Origin: Mustelus asterias
Taxonomy: Eukaryota
NCBI RefSeq assembly: GCF_964213995.1
Contig: NC_135804.1
Span: 59,830,001-59,894,000, forward strand
Direction: 5' to 3'
DNA length: 64,000 nt
Positions 50,060 to 64,000 of the stretch are shown here, piece after piece. Made by a program: the position numbers and the translations under genes. Positions within the stretch are counted from its first letter, which is position 1; every line of letters starts with the position of its first letter. The notes beneath the pieces were generated by a model, which did no database searches, was not told the DNA's origin, and saw only the letters and a program-made list of their open reading frames with translations.

Positions 50060-51780
50060 ATCCCATTTTCCAGCTGTTGGTCCATAGACTTGTACGCTAT
50101 GGCATTTCAAATGATCGTCTAAATACTTCTTAAATGTTGTGCAGGTTCCCGCCTCTACCACCTTTTCAGACAGTGAATTCCAGATGCCCATTGCCCTCTG
50201 GGTGAAATGATTTCCTCTCACATCTCCTGTAAACCTCCTACCCCTTAACTTCAGTCTATGCCCCCTGATTATTTACCCCTCTACTAAGAGGAAATGTTCC
50301 TTCCGAGCCACCATGCTTATGCCCCTCATAATTGAATTAATCTCAATCAGGTCCCCCACCCCCACAGTCTTCAGTGATCCATGGAAACCAACCCCAGCCT
50401 ATTCAGTCTCTCTTGTTAACTTAAATGCACCAGCCCCAGTTGAATCTCGTCTGCACCTTCACCAGTGCAATCAATTTTTCCCAATCGTGTGTCGACCAGA
50501 ACTGCATACACTATTCCTGCTATTGCCTAACTAGCGTTCATACAGCTCCATCATAAACACCCTGCTCTAATATTAAATGCCTCAGCTGATGAAGACAAAT
50601 ACCCCATATGTTTTCTTAACCGCTTTTCTCCTTGTCCTGCTGTCATCAGGGATCTATGGAGGTGCACACCAAGTCCCTCTGATTCTTTGTATTCCCTAGG
50701 ATCCGATCATTGGTTGTACATTCCCTTGCCTTTTAGTGCTCCAAAATATATTACTTCACACTTTTCGAGGTTGAATTTCATTTGCCACTGTTCTGCCCAT
50801 CGAACCAACCCGTCCATATCGTCCTGTTCTAAGCCTTTGCTCCTCGCAGTTTACCACACCACCAATTTTTGTATCCTCTGCGAACCTACTTATCATACCA
50901 CCTATATCCACGTCCAGAATATTATTGTATACTACGAACAACAAATGGCCCAGTACCAATCCTGTGAAAGACGACTGGGCACAGGCTTCCAGTCACAAAA
51001 ACAATCTACGAACAACACGCTCTCCCTCCTGCCGCTAAATCAATTTGGCATGCAGTTTGTTAAATTGTCCTGGATCCCATGGCAATCCCATCTTTATCAG
51101 CCTCCCATATGGGACCTTGTCAAAAGCTTTACTGACTATGCTGACGTATATTGCTGACGTCTATTACTGACGTATATACATCAACTGCACTACCCTCACC
51201 GACACACCGAATCACCTCCTCGAAAACGTCAGTCACATTTGTAAGGGATGATCTCTCTTTGACAACACTGTGCTGATTATCCTTCATTAATTCTTGCGTC
51301 ACCAAGTGCAGATTAATTACGTCCCTCAGAATTTTTTCCAATAGTTTCCTATCACAGAGGTTAGCCTCACTGGCTTGTAATTTCCTGTTTTTTTCCTACT
51401 TCCCTTTTTGAATAACGGTACCACATCAGCTATCATCCAGTCCTCTGGTGCCTCTGCTGTTGGACTTCAACCTGGTGTTGTGAGACTTCTTACTGTGTTT
51501 ACCCCAGTCCAAAGCCATCATCTCCACATCATGGCTCTGCTATGGCCGGAGAAGATTTGAAAATTATTGTCAGAATCGCTGCAATCTATTCCCTTGCCTA
51601 CCACAGCAGCGTAGGATGCATCTCATCTGGGCCTGGGATATTTATCAACGTAAGGCCCGTTAAAACCTCCTCTTTCTTAATGTTTATCAACATAAGGCCC
51701 GTTGAAACCTCCTCTCTCTTAATGTTTATCAACATAAGGCCCGTTGAAACCTCCTCTCTCTTAATGTTAAGTTCTAACGT
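50060..51780 (-). mobile_element. Degenerate CR1 fragment
   Basis: NHFTQRAMGIWNSL, ISRFAEDTKIGG, PGPDEMHP. Confidence 0.82.
51641..51766. repeat. Three 42-bp tandem repeats inside a CR1
   Basis: Unit TTTATCAACATAAGGCCCGTTGAAACCTCCTCTCTCTTAATG. Confidence 0.9.
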
Positions 51781-54254
51781 TGGAAATGGTGGCATATTCA
51801 TTTAAATTAAATTTGCCTAGGTCTTGGTTGTATATATTGTAAGGATGTTTTAATAATTACAGTCGAATAACAACGAAGGGATGTAATTGGAGACAGTTCC
51901 ATTAAGTTAGTAATAGTTTGATGTGATACTGATGAGTCTAGAAATATAGATGCAGTGCTGAATTTACTTGCGGATCTTGGGAAATTAATGCTGACGCAAT
52001 TAAGTGGGAACTGTTTGCGAATATAAAATTGAAACTGTAATTAAAAGATAATGCATCGTTTAGAAAACAAATTTCAATTTTATTTTTGATAGTCAGGTTA
52101 AGATCGATTGATAATCTCCGCCTCTGTTTATATCTACACGAGAGCAATACCTTAAAATTGGTAAAGAAGAACACGTGTTCAGATGCAGGCGGAAGAAGAA
52201 ACACACGAAGCAAGGAACAAGATGAAGGAGCCACAATCGAGACGAATCAGGGGCACATCCAGCATTCGCTCACAACCATTTTCAGTTGTATTTAGATGCA
52301 CTTTTTTCCTACAGTATTAGAATATAAAAATAGTTGGCGCCCGTGCATAAAATGAGTTAGTGCATTCCTTGTAAGTGCAGTAACAAGAATGGAGAGTTGG
52401 CCGTGGATCAATCCTCATGTTGAACTTTTAGGAGGGCTGGCACCTATCTTGATGTATGAATGTCATCAATTGAAAGTATATTAAAATTAAATTTAACTCT
52501 TGATTTTTAGACGTATCACATGACTTTAAGTAAATAAACATTTCATGTGTCTTTTTACCGTCGACTTTGGAAATGACTGAGCCAGCCTTTCCTGTTCATA
52601 GAATTTAAATCTGAGTTGCATTCCGGTACCTTCAACACCAGTCCATGCTGATTGTATACCTGTCTCTGTAAATATTCCATGGGCGAAATTTAAAAAAAAA
52701 AGAAACGATGCATTGTCCACTTTCTTCACTTCCGGAGAAAATCTTAAACCGGAACTCTGTTTCACTCTTCTGGGCATCAGTTGACTGCACAACATCTCTA
52801 TTATTTCAGCTAAGAACAAGGAGATCTTCCGGTCAGCTGGTTCTGAACACTCAGCTCTTAACTTCGAGTATATCTTTGAGAAACCTCCCAACATTATTTT
52901 GTGTTTAGGGTCTAAAACAGCACCTGTTTACTAAGTTACAACTAATAACTTTAACATTAATTATTGGTTTTGTGAAATGCTTTAGGATGACTGTGTAGGC
53001 TTTACGGTGCCACGTCAATGGAAACTCGCTACTTTCCTTTACAATTGTAAGCGTATAGTCGGGGAAACTTTCACATTATAAAGTGAATGTATTCAGTTCC
53101 CACATTTGTACAAACAAATGCCTGACTTTGAATTGAGAATCCTTAGATATCCATTAAGGTTAAATATTAAATATTTCAATTAATTTTAAAAGCATGTAAT
53201 CGTTGAGAATATGAGACGCAAATCAATGAGTAAGAGATAATTTAATATAAATATGACTCAACCAGGGAGTGATCTCATCAAACGAGTAGTTTCCCGCACT
53301 GAAACTGGATTAGTTTGAGATGAACCCTGTCGTTAATGCGAAGTGTGTCCGAAATAAAATAACTGCAATTCGCACCAGGAAAGCAAATAACACACGCAAT
53401 GGTCGTTTTTCTTCAACTTGATTTTCTCTAATGTGGAACCTTGCACAATTTCTGCAGCCTTGACCTGTCGATTAGCATGCGTAACATGCGTGTATTTGCA
53501 TGTATTAATCTGAGCTTTATATGTTGGGGAGATATCCAAGTGAAGTATTTCATCCTCACATGATACATGCAGGTGGAAATCACTGCCGAGCGAACAAGAG
53601 TGGAGGCTCCAACAAATGAACACACCTGGTACACCAGTGTATTTTAAGATAGGCAGACAGCCATCCTGATATGGTCTGGGCTATATGTGACACTAATCGC
53701 ACAGCAATGTGCTTAATTTCAACTGCTTTCCGAAATGCCTTGCAAGCTATTTAGTTGTATCAAAAAGTTACAGCGAAGATGAAAAATATTTAAAAAGGTG
53801 AGCGCTGCCGAGTGGAATTTGCAAAGTCTTGCTGACAATATCTATGTATTATATATAAATTTGACAGAACTGAGAGAGCCTGACGTAATCAAACTCACTG
53901 AAACTCATCTTACAAGCAATATCCGGGCGTACACACTGTCCCACCAGCAGAACAGACTCATCAGACGTGCCATCTTTGTAGTTTACAGTCAGCAGAGTAT
54001 GACCATAGACGTCGTCAGCATTGGCACTCTGCTACTTGAAGTCCAATGATACCTGATCAATTGCAGCCAAGGAAAACCTCTTCTTGCTTATAGCATGCTG
54101 ACCCCTCTCAGGTGAAGAACCAGAGTTCTTTCCTGTTGAACACTATTTGAAAGGACACTAAAAATAGAGGAAACAGAATGTATTCTGCACAGAAGATGTC
54201 AATGTGTTTCACCGAGAATGGCTCGATAAATGCCCACTTTTTGGATATTAATTT

Positions 54255-54560
54255 TCATAGAATCCTGCAGTGCAGAAGAAGGCCATTTGGCCCATTGAGT
54301 CTGCACCGACCAAAATCCCACCCATAACCCCATGCATTTACACTAGCTAGTCCCCCTGACACTAAGGGGTAATTTAGCATGGCAATCCACCTAACCCGCA
54401 CATCTTTGGACTGTGGGAGGAAACGTCAGCACGCAGGGGAAACCTACGCAGACACGGGGAGAATGTACAAACTCCACACAGACAGTGACCCAAGTCAGGA
54501 ATCGAACCCGCGTCCCAATCTCTGTGAGGCAGCAATGCTAACCACTGTGCCACCGTGCCG
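54255..54560 (-). mobile_element. HE1/V-SINE-type SINE
   Basis: GGCACGGTGGCACAGTGG head, GGTTCGATTCC B-box, GTGTGGAGTTTG..CATTCTCCCCGTGTCTGCG central domain, CR1-like tail. Confidence 0.82.
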
Positions 54561-55636
54561 CGTAAGTCCCCACTCCTTGGCAGGTGAAGCCCTCGTGAAT
54601 ATTCAAAACTTGGGGCCCAATGGTATAATTTCAGACACAATGTTATTTTGACCCTGAGCCATGTGAAATGCTCTCAGTGCTATCCCTGCCTCGGGACTCT
54701 GCTGAAACAGGGGTCCAGGAACCGCAAAGAGCCCAGGTGAGTAAAAATATTTCATGATTTGAATGTTTTCTTGTGGGCCTGGGGGAGTTGAAGTGCTCCT
54801 CCGGTCCTCATAAGGAATCCCAGGGCGTCTGCTGACCAGGATTTCCTTTCTCCTCATGTGACTGCCACCCGCTCAGATCTCTGCCATCATTTACCAAGTT
54901 TATGTGTGTCGCTGGTGACGATCTGTGGCCACATGATTCCCCACTTCCCCATATTGGCTGTTTCTGTAAATTCTATGTATGGGTTCTTCATCATTCACCC
55001 TCTAATGGTCTTACTCAATTGCAAGTCACATGCTTGATTTTTCCTTCTAAATCCATGACCAAACCCAAGTGCGCACTCTTTCACTGAAATTGAAATGTAG
55101 ACATCCTAGAATGATTGCATTTAAGCTGGTTCCAGGAGACTATAAAGATTCAGATGTTGACAGTGTCGTTTTCTCTGTCAATGAATGTGAGCAGAGCCCA
55201 GCCTCAGAGGCTTCTAACATAATGTTCCGTGTCTGTAGCGTTGCTGTACACTGGGTGCCTGAGCACTGTATTATTATTATAAACTATGCTTGAAGCTGGC
55301 TCACTATCCATTGCACATCTCAATTTATAAGTGCAAATTGGAAGTGCCTTTGGTATTGGCAGACTGTGCAATGTTGTGTTTCAGATGCTGACCAAAGTGC
55401 CAATGTAAACAGATTCCTTAATGTGTTCAGATTGATGATTGAAGCATTTGAAGATCGCTTCAACTGCTGGGTACCGACTTGATGGGAGGTGAAGTCTTCA
55501 TATTGGCCCAGATGTGCACCCCAGCCGTACAGGCCTAGTTGTGCTTGCGTTTGGTGGACCTGGCCCGTCACAGGATCTGCTCGCACATTCACTGTGGCCC
55601 CACACATTGGAAGAAACTTGCACCATGAATCAGACG

Positions 55637-55825
55637 GGGCACGATGGCACAGTGGTTCTGAATCACAGCGCCAGGGATCCGGGTTCAATTCCAAGGTTGG
55701 ATGCCTCTCTGTGTGGAGTTTGCACATTATCCCCATGTCTGCGTGGGTTTCCTCCTGGTGCTCCAGTTTCTTCCCACACTCCAAAGATGTGCAGGTTACG
55801 TGGATTGCCATGCTAAATTGCCTTA
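55637..55825 (+). mobile_element. HE1/V-SINE-type SINE, 3' truncated
   Basis: Same head and central domain as 54255-54560. Confidence 0.8.
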
Positions 55826-55834
55826 TAAACAGTT

Positions 55835-58250
55835 GAGTTCCCATCACTGATCCCTATGACACAGCACTCGTTACATCTTGCCACCCTGAAAAAGATCATT
55901 TCATGTTATTCTCTGCTTCCTGTTACCCAGCCAATATTCCATCCATGCTAATGTGTATTCCTCTATAACATGCGCAATTATTTTCCACAATTATCTTTAA
56001 TATGGCACTTAATCAAATGCCTTCTGGGAATCTAAGCACAGTACAGCAGCGAGTTGTCCTTCATCCATAGCACGGGCTACTTCCTCAAACGTCTCCAATA
56101 AGTTGATTGAACACTATTTCCCTTTCATGAAACCATGTTGACAGAGTCTAAAAACATTGAGCTTATACAAGTGCCCTGCTGTAACTTCTTAAATAATAAC
56201 TTCTGAAATTTTCCCTATGGCTGTTGTCTGGTCGGTAATTTCTCACTTTCTGTCTGTTTCCCTTTTTAAGTAATGGAGTTACATTTGCTACCTTTAAATC
56301 TAATGCGACCTTCCCCAAAATTAGGGAGCTCTGGAAAATTGAATCCAATGCATCAACTGTCTCGCTACGCATTTCGTTAAACACCCAGAATGAATTCCAT
56401 TAGGGTCTCTACTCATGTCAGCCCGCAGCTCCAAAGTGTTTGCTCGGTATGAATTATCCGGTGACTGTAAATATTTTCAATTCCTCCCTTCCCTCCATTT
56501 CCTCGTTTAAAACTGATGTTGGTATGTTACTTCCATTCTCTATAGTGAAGAATATTCAATTCATCTTCCATCTACTTATTTTCCATTATCAATTCCAGAG
56601 GCTCACTTTCTATGGTAACACTTTTCACTTTGTTAACACTTCACTCCTTTCAATATTTACGAAAGCTCATTCCATCCGTTGGTATATTTTGGCTAATTTG
56701 CGTTAGGTTCCCCCTTCTTAATCTTTTAGTCATCCCTTACTGTTTCTGATCTTTCTACGAATATTCTCATCTGCCACCTGTCTTTGCACAATTATATGCT
56801 TTCACTTAAACTTTGATACTATCTTTAACCTTTCTAGTTAATCATGGATGGTGGACTCGTCCCTTGGATTTTTCACACTCATTGGAATATCCCTATTCTG
56901 TGCATTCTAAAATATTCCCTCTGCATCTCTGATGACCTATCACTTGACCTATTTTGCCAATCCGCTTTAGCCAGCTCAGCTTCCATGCCCTCACATCTGT
57001 CCTTATTATAAAACATTCTTTCTCCTTCAAACTGAATGCAAAATTCGCTCATTGAATCCATACAGTGCACAAGGAGGCCATTCTTCCCACTGAGTCTGCA
57101 CCGACATTCTGACAGAGTATCTTGCCCAGGCCCTCACCCCGCCCGATCCCCGTAACGCTACGTGATTTACCATGGCTAATCCATCTAACCTACATATCTT
57201 GGAACACTAAGAGGCAATTTAGCATGGCCAATGCACCGAAGCTGCAAAACTTTGGAAACCATCGAAAGAGGCCATTCCGCCCATCGAGTCTGCACCGACA
57301 ACAATCCCACCCGGGCCCTATCCTTGTATCCCTACATATTTACCTGCTAATCCCTCTAACCCGCATATTGACCCATTAATCCCTCTAATCTACGCATCCC
57401 GGGACACTAAGGGGCAATTTAGCTTGGCCAATCAACCTAACCCGCACATCTTTGGACTGTGGGAGGAAACCGGAGCACCCGGAGGAAATCCACGCAGACA
57501 CGGGGAGAATGTGCAAACTCCACACAGACAGTGACCCGAGCCAGGAATCGAACCCAGGTCCCTGGCGCTGTGAAGCAGCAGTGCTAACCACCATGCTACC
57601 GTGCCGCCCCAACTGGACTGCGCGAGGAAACCAGAGTACCCGCAGGAAACCCTCACAGACACAAAGAGAATGTGCAAACGTCACGCAGGCAGTCACGCAA
57701 GGCCGGAATTGAATCCGGGCCCTTGGCGTTGTGAAGCAGCAGTGCCGTCATGCTGCCTATATCATATCATGGTTGCTGCTACCTCAGGGTACCTCCACAA
57801 TGAGAGCATTAATTGCTCCAATCTCGTTGCACAATACCAGGCCTAGCATAGCCTTGTCTCTGGTTGGCTGCAGAACATATTATTCGAAGCAACTTTCCAA
57901 AAGGTATTCAATGAACACCTCAACCAGACTACCTTTGTCCTTCTGACTTTTCTCGTCTAAACTAAAATCTTCCACGATTACCATCGTACCTCTATGAGAA
58001 GCTCCAATTATTTTTTTCCTTTATGCTCCACCCGACCATGTGGTTACTGTTCGAGGGTCTGTACACAACTCCCACAAGTGACTTCTTACACTTACCATTT
58101 CTCAACTCTACCCAAATCGTTTCAACGTCCTGGTTTTCTGAATTTAGGTAATCTGTTCTATTGTGTTCATACAATCTTTAACTAATAAAACCACCCCTTT
58201 GCATTTTCCAGTGTTCCTGTCGTCTCTAAATATCCTTTGCCTTTCATTAG
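55835..58250 (-). mobile_element. Degenerate CR1 with nested SINEs
   Basis: VANVTPLLKKGNRQKVRNYRP and ETIWVELRNGKCKKSLVGVVYRP. Confidence 0.78.
57050..57750 (-). mobile_element. Cluster of nested HE1/V-SINE-type SINEs
   Basis: One near-complete copy at about 57265-57610 inserted in an older copy. Confidence 0.8.
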
Positions 58251-61200
58251 CCAGTTCTCAAATCATGTCCTGCTGCGGTCATGCCCCTGTAGATCCTCCA
58301 GATTCGGTGGCAAGAATGGTGATCCATCAACAGCGTCATCTCCCAAGGTACATGTTGAACGTCGAGGCACTAATTACTCCAAACCTGTTCCGCCCGACGA
58401 GACATAACCGTTCTTCTGGGAAATCGATCTCTGCAGGAATCTCCCAGGATAGATCCCGAGGAGGAGAGCAGACGCATTTTTGGGATGTTGCGGAAGATTC
58501 GCAGATGGGTCAAATATGCCGACTGACTCATGTGTGAATCTGGCTTATGAGTAACGAAAAATCAGAAGATTCTTTGGGAATGAACCAAGAACATCGGGCG
58601 CATTCATCACCATGTGCACAGTCGCATTTGAGGCCGCGCAGAAAGCGCAGTAACCTCCAGGCAAATTATCTAATCAATGCCTCAGGATAATCCTCTCCAC
58701 ATGTGCCAGAGTCTGCAGATCACACATTGGGCTTATCAAACATCTCAGACCTATCGACCTGCAGTAGGAACAAGTCGCCCTTGATCCCGAAGGATTATCT
58801 AAGGGAAATAGAAAAAGAACCTTGCTGGAGCAACTGACCTTCAATGTGATCTGCATTTCCATCATTCACCAGAACCCCCGACCAAGCATTCCAGATGTTC
58901 CACATGATAATCTGACGGTAGAATCTCTACATTGCAGAAGGAGGTTATTCGGCCCACTGAGTCTGCACCGTCTCTCAGAAACAGTATCATACACAGGCCT
59001 CCTCGCTGCCCTATCCCGTAAATTCATCAAATCTGATCTTGGATGACGAACAGCTAAATCATTTTAACCACTTTGAATTTCAGTAATCTAATTTAAATCT
59101 GCTACATTTATTCAAATATGATTTTTGAAGCATGTGTGCGTCGTCTGGATTGAAAATATCTCTGTTCTGATTACCTCGTATTCTCATTCGTACAGTTTGA
59201 ATACGTAGTTGTTTTTAAGAACTAAACCATAATAAACCTGAAGGAATAACTTTTCTGTCGGTGTTTAATGATAATAGGCTTTTCCAACAAGGATCAAATT
59301 TGCAACACGAATTGTTCTGGCGTGACACTGTTTTTAAAAGGTGAACAAGTTGTTCAGCGATTGCTTGCATTTAAGTGTATTTTATATTCGATTTACTTTT
59401 CTAATAATCACAGACAGAATAATGTTATTCGGCCTGAAGTGCCTGTGCGTGTTTAATCGATTTTCGCTCTCCAATTTTATCCCAATAACCCGTCAAATTA
59501 GTCTTCCTCAGGTGCATGTCCAACTGCCTGTCGAAACTCCCTCTGAAATCCAATCCCATTACTCTTTCAGGTAACGCATTCCAAAACTTAAATCTTTGTT
59601 TGAATCCAATTCTCTTAATTTCCTTTCAGGCCACCTTTCCAACTATTTTGGCATATTTCTGTGACTTCTGGTTACTGACCCAATCGTTTCAAACAGGAGT
59701 TGTATAATTCGGGTCTGGATTGTTTTGTTCTGGTGGCGGATTACAACATATTTCAGGCAGTCAGCATGTTCGAATTATCACGTACTCTATTGAACTGTAG
59801 CGGTGCAGAGAAGATTTTGACAGTTTGGTATATGCAGCTCTCAAATTTATTTGTAACAGCGGGACAAGTGCGCGACGCTCCCCTGCAAATAACAAGTTGT
59901 GGTCTATTACTTCACTTCTCCATAGCAACAATACAATTTCAAATATAGCTCATTGAAACATCGTGCGATACCGCCACATATATATCAACTCGAGTCACGA
60001 TCACAATCAACCACCTGCATTTTATTTCTTAGCATCCCTATATAAATTCTTCTATCCTGACGACGGAATATCGGAGCCTTTCTTAGATTTTTCGAAATTA
60101 TGCAAAATATGAAATTAACCGCAGACGTGTTTTTGCTATCCCTCTGCGACAGAGACGTTACATAATTTCCATGCGGTTTCTCCATAGATTACAACACACT
60201 TCCGCTTATGATATCGGACCCAGAAACGTTTTTGTTGGCCAGTAAGGTAGAATTAGCACACAACTGAATTTCCCGCAATTGTAAGTGCTTTGGCTGGAAT
60301 GCATCTGCTTAAGGTTGCTCTTTTTACAGTACTGTAAACTATATTTTACTCCGCTCTGCTGCAGCAGGCGGGATGCTCACGGGCCTGAGTAGCAATATAT
60401 TGAATCGCTCGTTCTTGCCGTCGAGAATCCACACGTGAAGGCATTCAGGTAGCAGGAAAGACTGTACCACTTTCAATTGTCATTGCAGCTGCTGCACTCA
60501 AGACAGGCAGACTTCGAATGAAGTGTTTTTGGTGGTCACTGACTAATTGGAGTTTGATTGAACGAATGCCTTTTACTGATTAGGGTCACTGAATGGTGCA
60601 TGAGGTCTTGACAGCCACATGCAGGCGGTGGGTGGCATGTTCTATACAGCGTATTGCATCGATGGCCCTGAGTACAATTAACATCTCCGCCTGGCGCCCT
60701 GGTGGGTTCGCACATAATCACTGACCCTCTTGAGAGTAACACTGGTCACTCCTTGATGCCACGGAGAATTGTAGTCTGTGAGATCCGCATCTTCCCAGTA
60801 AATCCATGAAAATTCATCGACATTGTGAGAAATTGTGCACGCCTGAGACACTGTAACTGGAATCGCCCAACCCCAATTGGTCTAGCTCGAATTGAGGTAG
60901 AGTGAATAAACTAATGATGACCTCTATGGATAGCCTCTATAGATCAATCCAGGCCATGTGGTTTTCCCATTCGCTTAGAACATAAGGGCGTACAAAATAA
61001 GAGCAGGAATAAGCAATTCAGACCCTCGAGCCTGTTGCACCATTCAGTACAATCATGGCTAATCTCATCTCGGCCTCATTTCCAGCTTCCAGAATTAAAA
61101 GCCCATTTTTCTCCTCCTTAAATTTGTTTAGTGTTGCGTTATCCATTGCAATCTGCGCGACGCTTTGAGTGAAATAATTGCTCCTCATTCTTGTTTTAAA

Positions 61201-61539
61201 TCTGCCACACCTTAACCTACAACTATGGCCTGACCTTCCAGAATGCGCAACATTTTGGCACTATCCCTTGCACTATCTTTACAGTCCACCTCAGCCAAAA
61301 CCTTCCTCTTGAAATTATTTTGGTAGTAAATATAGCCCCCTCCCCACCACGCCATGTTCACCCACCCTTCCACCAACTCCCTCCCTCACCAGCCTCCCCC
61401 ATCCCCACCCCCAGCACCGCCACCATTCAGCAGCATTTGTGTCGCTGGCGCTGTTACTCGGTTGCAACGAATCGTACACTTAGGGAATAATTAATGGTTA
61501 TGGTGCATTTGGATTTAAAAGAAACAGTTAATGAAGCTC

Positions 61540-62430
61540 TATTTGTTAAACTATTAAAACTGGAGATCGTGGGATGGTCATTTTATAAAAGCGTCGCTTA
61601 AAGATTTATCAATGGACTGTAAAATGATGTTATGAATATATTGGTTATTTTGGGTTGGTAGGCTTTAAGGAACATTGCACCACAAGGACCAGCACTTGAT
61701 CTGAATCATTTATAAAGCATGTTAGCGACACATAGGATGGGACTGAATGTAAAAGATCCACGTTTACAGGCGATACAGAGTTACATGACAAAGCAAGTTG
61801 TGAAGAGGGTGCTAAATTGCTGTAAAGGAATATAAATTGAGATGCGTGATGAATAAGAATGGCAGATGGAATATAAGGTGAGGGAATGTAAAGCTATCCA
61901 CTTTGGATTTAAAAATATGAAAAGCAGAAAATGCTATTAACAGCGAGACAACGGTAAATGTATGTATTCAAAGAGGCTTGGTTGTCCTTGATCATGAATC
62001 ACAGGAAGTTAAAATGCAAGTCCATAATTGCAGGAAACAATGCTCGCCCTTTTGCAACAGGTTTCCTACTATTATAAGTGTCCTTCTGACACAAATCTGC
62101 CATCCCTGGAGGACTGTGTGCAATTTCGATCTTCCCATCTACGCTTAGCTTAGATGGGCTGGAATGGAGTTCATGAACTGATTCCTGTGATGAGGGTGTG
62201 GTCCTATGAGAGAGAAAATAATAGACGAGGCCTACATTCTACATAAATGAGAACAGTAAGTGGATTGCATATTGAAATTTACAAGTTATTAAGGAGATAC
62301 TCAGGGTAGGTACTTGAAAGATGCTTCCCGTTACTGCGGAATGCAAAACTAAGAGTTACAGACTCAGGATAAATGACCAGTCATTTAGGGCTGAGTTGAC
62401 AGGAAGTATCGTTACTCCAAGGTTGCGTTC
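61540..62430 (+). mobile_element. Ancient CR1 RT remnant
   Basis: Decayed WQMEY..ECKAIHFG and LEDCVQF; collinear with 34150-35150. Confidence 0.6.
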
Positions 62431-63082
62431 ATTTATGCTTCAAGAATAGGGGAACCATTTCCTGTACAAGCGCAGTATCAGTCTAAGTGTGAGCTGTTAC
62501 ACTAAATAAACAAGTTTGCTTGCCACAGGCTAAAAACACTGTGCAGTTCTTAATAAAGAGCAAGTTCTTGAATCCATTTTAATGTATCAACTATTGACGC
62601 TGGGCAACATGCTTTTGGCGAGTCAGTGAATGATGAATGTATAGAATCAGGCTATTTCAGTAAACGAATTTCCCAACTCCTTTGATCTCAGAGGCTGCGA
62701 ATAATTGTTTGCAATATTTTTTGTTAAACACCAAGAAATATTTTCTGAACCATGTACTTAAGAAGAAACTTCTTACCCCATGCATCTGTCAGAACAATGT
62801 GTCTGGGATTAAGGGAATTTATTCCCTCAGAGCACTGCGAATCTTTGCAACATTCTACCCCCGAGAGCAGTGGAGGCTAAATCATTGAATTACTGAATTG
62901 GACAAATTTCGAACTGTCGGGGAGACAACGGTCGTGAAACAATGTCAGGAAAGTTGAGTTGAGGTCAAGGTCCATGATCTTATTGCATGATGTGGAGATG
63001 CCGGCGTTGGACTGGGGTAAACACAGTAAGGAGTCTTACAACACCAGGTTAAAGTCCAACAGGTTTATTTGGTAGCAAACGC

Positions 63083-63117
63083 CACTAGCTTTCGGAGCGC
63101 TGCTCCTTCGTCAGGTG
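63083..63117 (-). ncRNA. Minimal type I hammerhead ribozyme motif in a Penelope-like repeat (repeat about 62990-63125)
   Basis: Minus strand reads CAC-CUGACGA-A-GGAGC-AGC-GCUCC-GAAAGCUA-GUG: intact CUGAnGA and GAAA cores, 5-bp stem II, CAC/GUG stem I, palindromic AGCU stem III. Confidence 0.72.
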
Positions 63118-63654
63118 AGTGGGAGATCTCCTACTCTTGTGTCGTTTGCTTTGCGGCACCTCAATATCGGACCTTCATTGTAGATGCCTCAGTGGAACGC
63201 ACCGGCTTAAACTATTTCATATCAAATTTGGAATAACTGTTGAAAAATGAAGGAAGAATTTTACTATTTAGCCCAACTTGTGGAAAACTTTGTACAAATT
63301 CTGACACAATCAACTAATTAAAGCTGCCATATGTCACTTACATATTGAACTGGATTCAATGGTGAGAAAGATCTCAGATCTTCACTTTATCTTTGGTGCA
63401 AGGAATGAATTCTAAGTGGCTTTACAATTTGCAAGTGCATCTGCAAAGTGAACAAAAACAACTGGACATTAGAAAATAAGCTCTTGGTAAAATTGCAAAT
63501 TACAACGAAATGTTTCAACGATGCAGATTTATAGAGCAATGTGCGGGCTGGAAATTCATTACTGAAAACCAAATAGCATAATATTTCACTGCTTTTATTA
63601 GACCAGGATTTCTGTTATTTTGATTTGAATGTTGCAATATTAGGAAGAGAACTT

Positions 63655-64000
63655 GACTTTTGATTTGATTTGATTTATTATTGTCACATGTATTAGTATA
63701 CAGTATAAAGTGTTACTACTTGCGCGTTATATAGACAAAACATATCGTACATATCGATGGAATGTGCAGAATATAGTGTTACAGTCAGAGCTAGAGTGTA
63801 AAGAAAGATCAAATCAATGCGAGGTAAGTCCATTCAAAAGTCTGATGCCAGCAGGGAAGAAGCTGCTTTTGAATCGGTTGGTACCCGATTTCAGACTTTT
63901 GTATCTTTTCCAGATGGAAGATGGTGGAAGACAGTCTGTCCGGGGTGCGTGGGGTCCTTGATTATGCCGGCTGCTTTTCCGAGGCAGCGGGAAGTGTTGA
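63655..64000 (-). mobile_element. 3' end of a Rex1/Babar-like LINE
   Basis: TTTGA-repeat tail and TNRFKSSFFPAGI; similar to 19070-19425. Confidence 0.6.

Noticed and set aside
51641-51766. CRISPR-like repeat array
   Set aside because: Head-to-tail tandem repeats with no spacers, in eukaryotic LINE DNA.
52086-52295. Hydrophilic ORF as a possible vestigial cytoplasmic exon of gene 2
   Set aside because: No ITIM/ITAM and no convincing splice pair; gene 2 already terminates at 48481.

Overview
Vertebrate genomic DNA, most likely from a shark or other cartilaginous fish (HE1/V-SINE-type SINEs, abundant CR1 LINEs, Penelope-derived repeats). It holds two divergently oriented multi-exon immunoglobulin-superfamily genes, both built as leader / V domain with a germline J-like motif / C1 domain / TM. 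Gene 1 (minus strand, 4896 to at least 564) has an uncharged TM and a spliced cytoplasmic tail. Gene 2 (plus strand, 44079-48481) has an Arg in its TM and almost no tail. Together they look like an inhibitory/activating paired-receptor locus. Between them, nested in a CR1 LINE, is a 5.75-kb defective provirus (24892-30646). It has a CCAT target-site duplication, paired ~0.82-kb LTRs, a tRNA-Arg primer binding site, a PPT, a near-complete gag and a largely deleted pol. In place of env it carries an intronless host endophilin-B1 (SH3GLB1) BAR-domain fragment, in frame behind a splice acceptor and an env-like leader. This transducing-retrovirus architecture is the standout observation. The window also contains Penelope-type minimal hammerhead ribozyme motifs and an old segmental duplication that predicts a further receptor copy beyond the right edge. 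All calls were made by eye; no searches were run.
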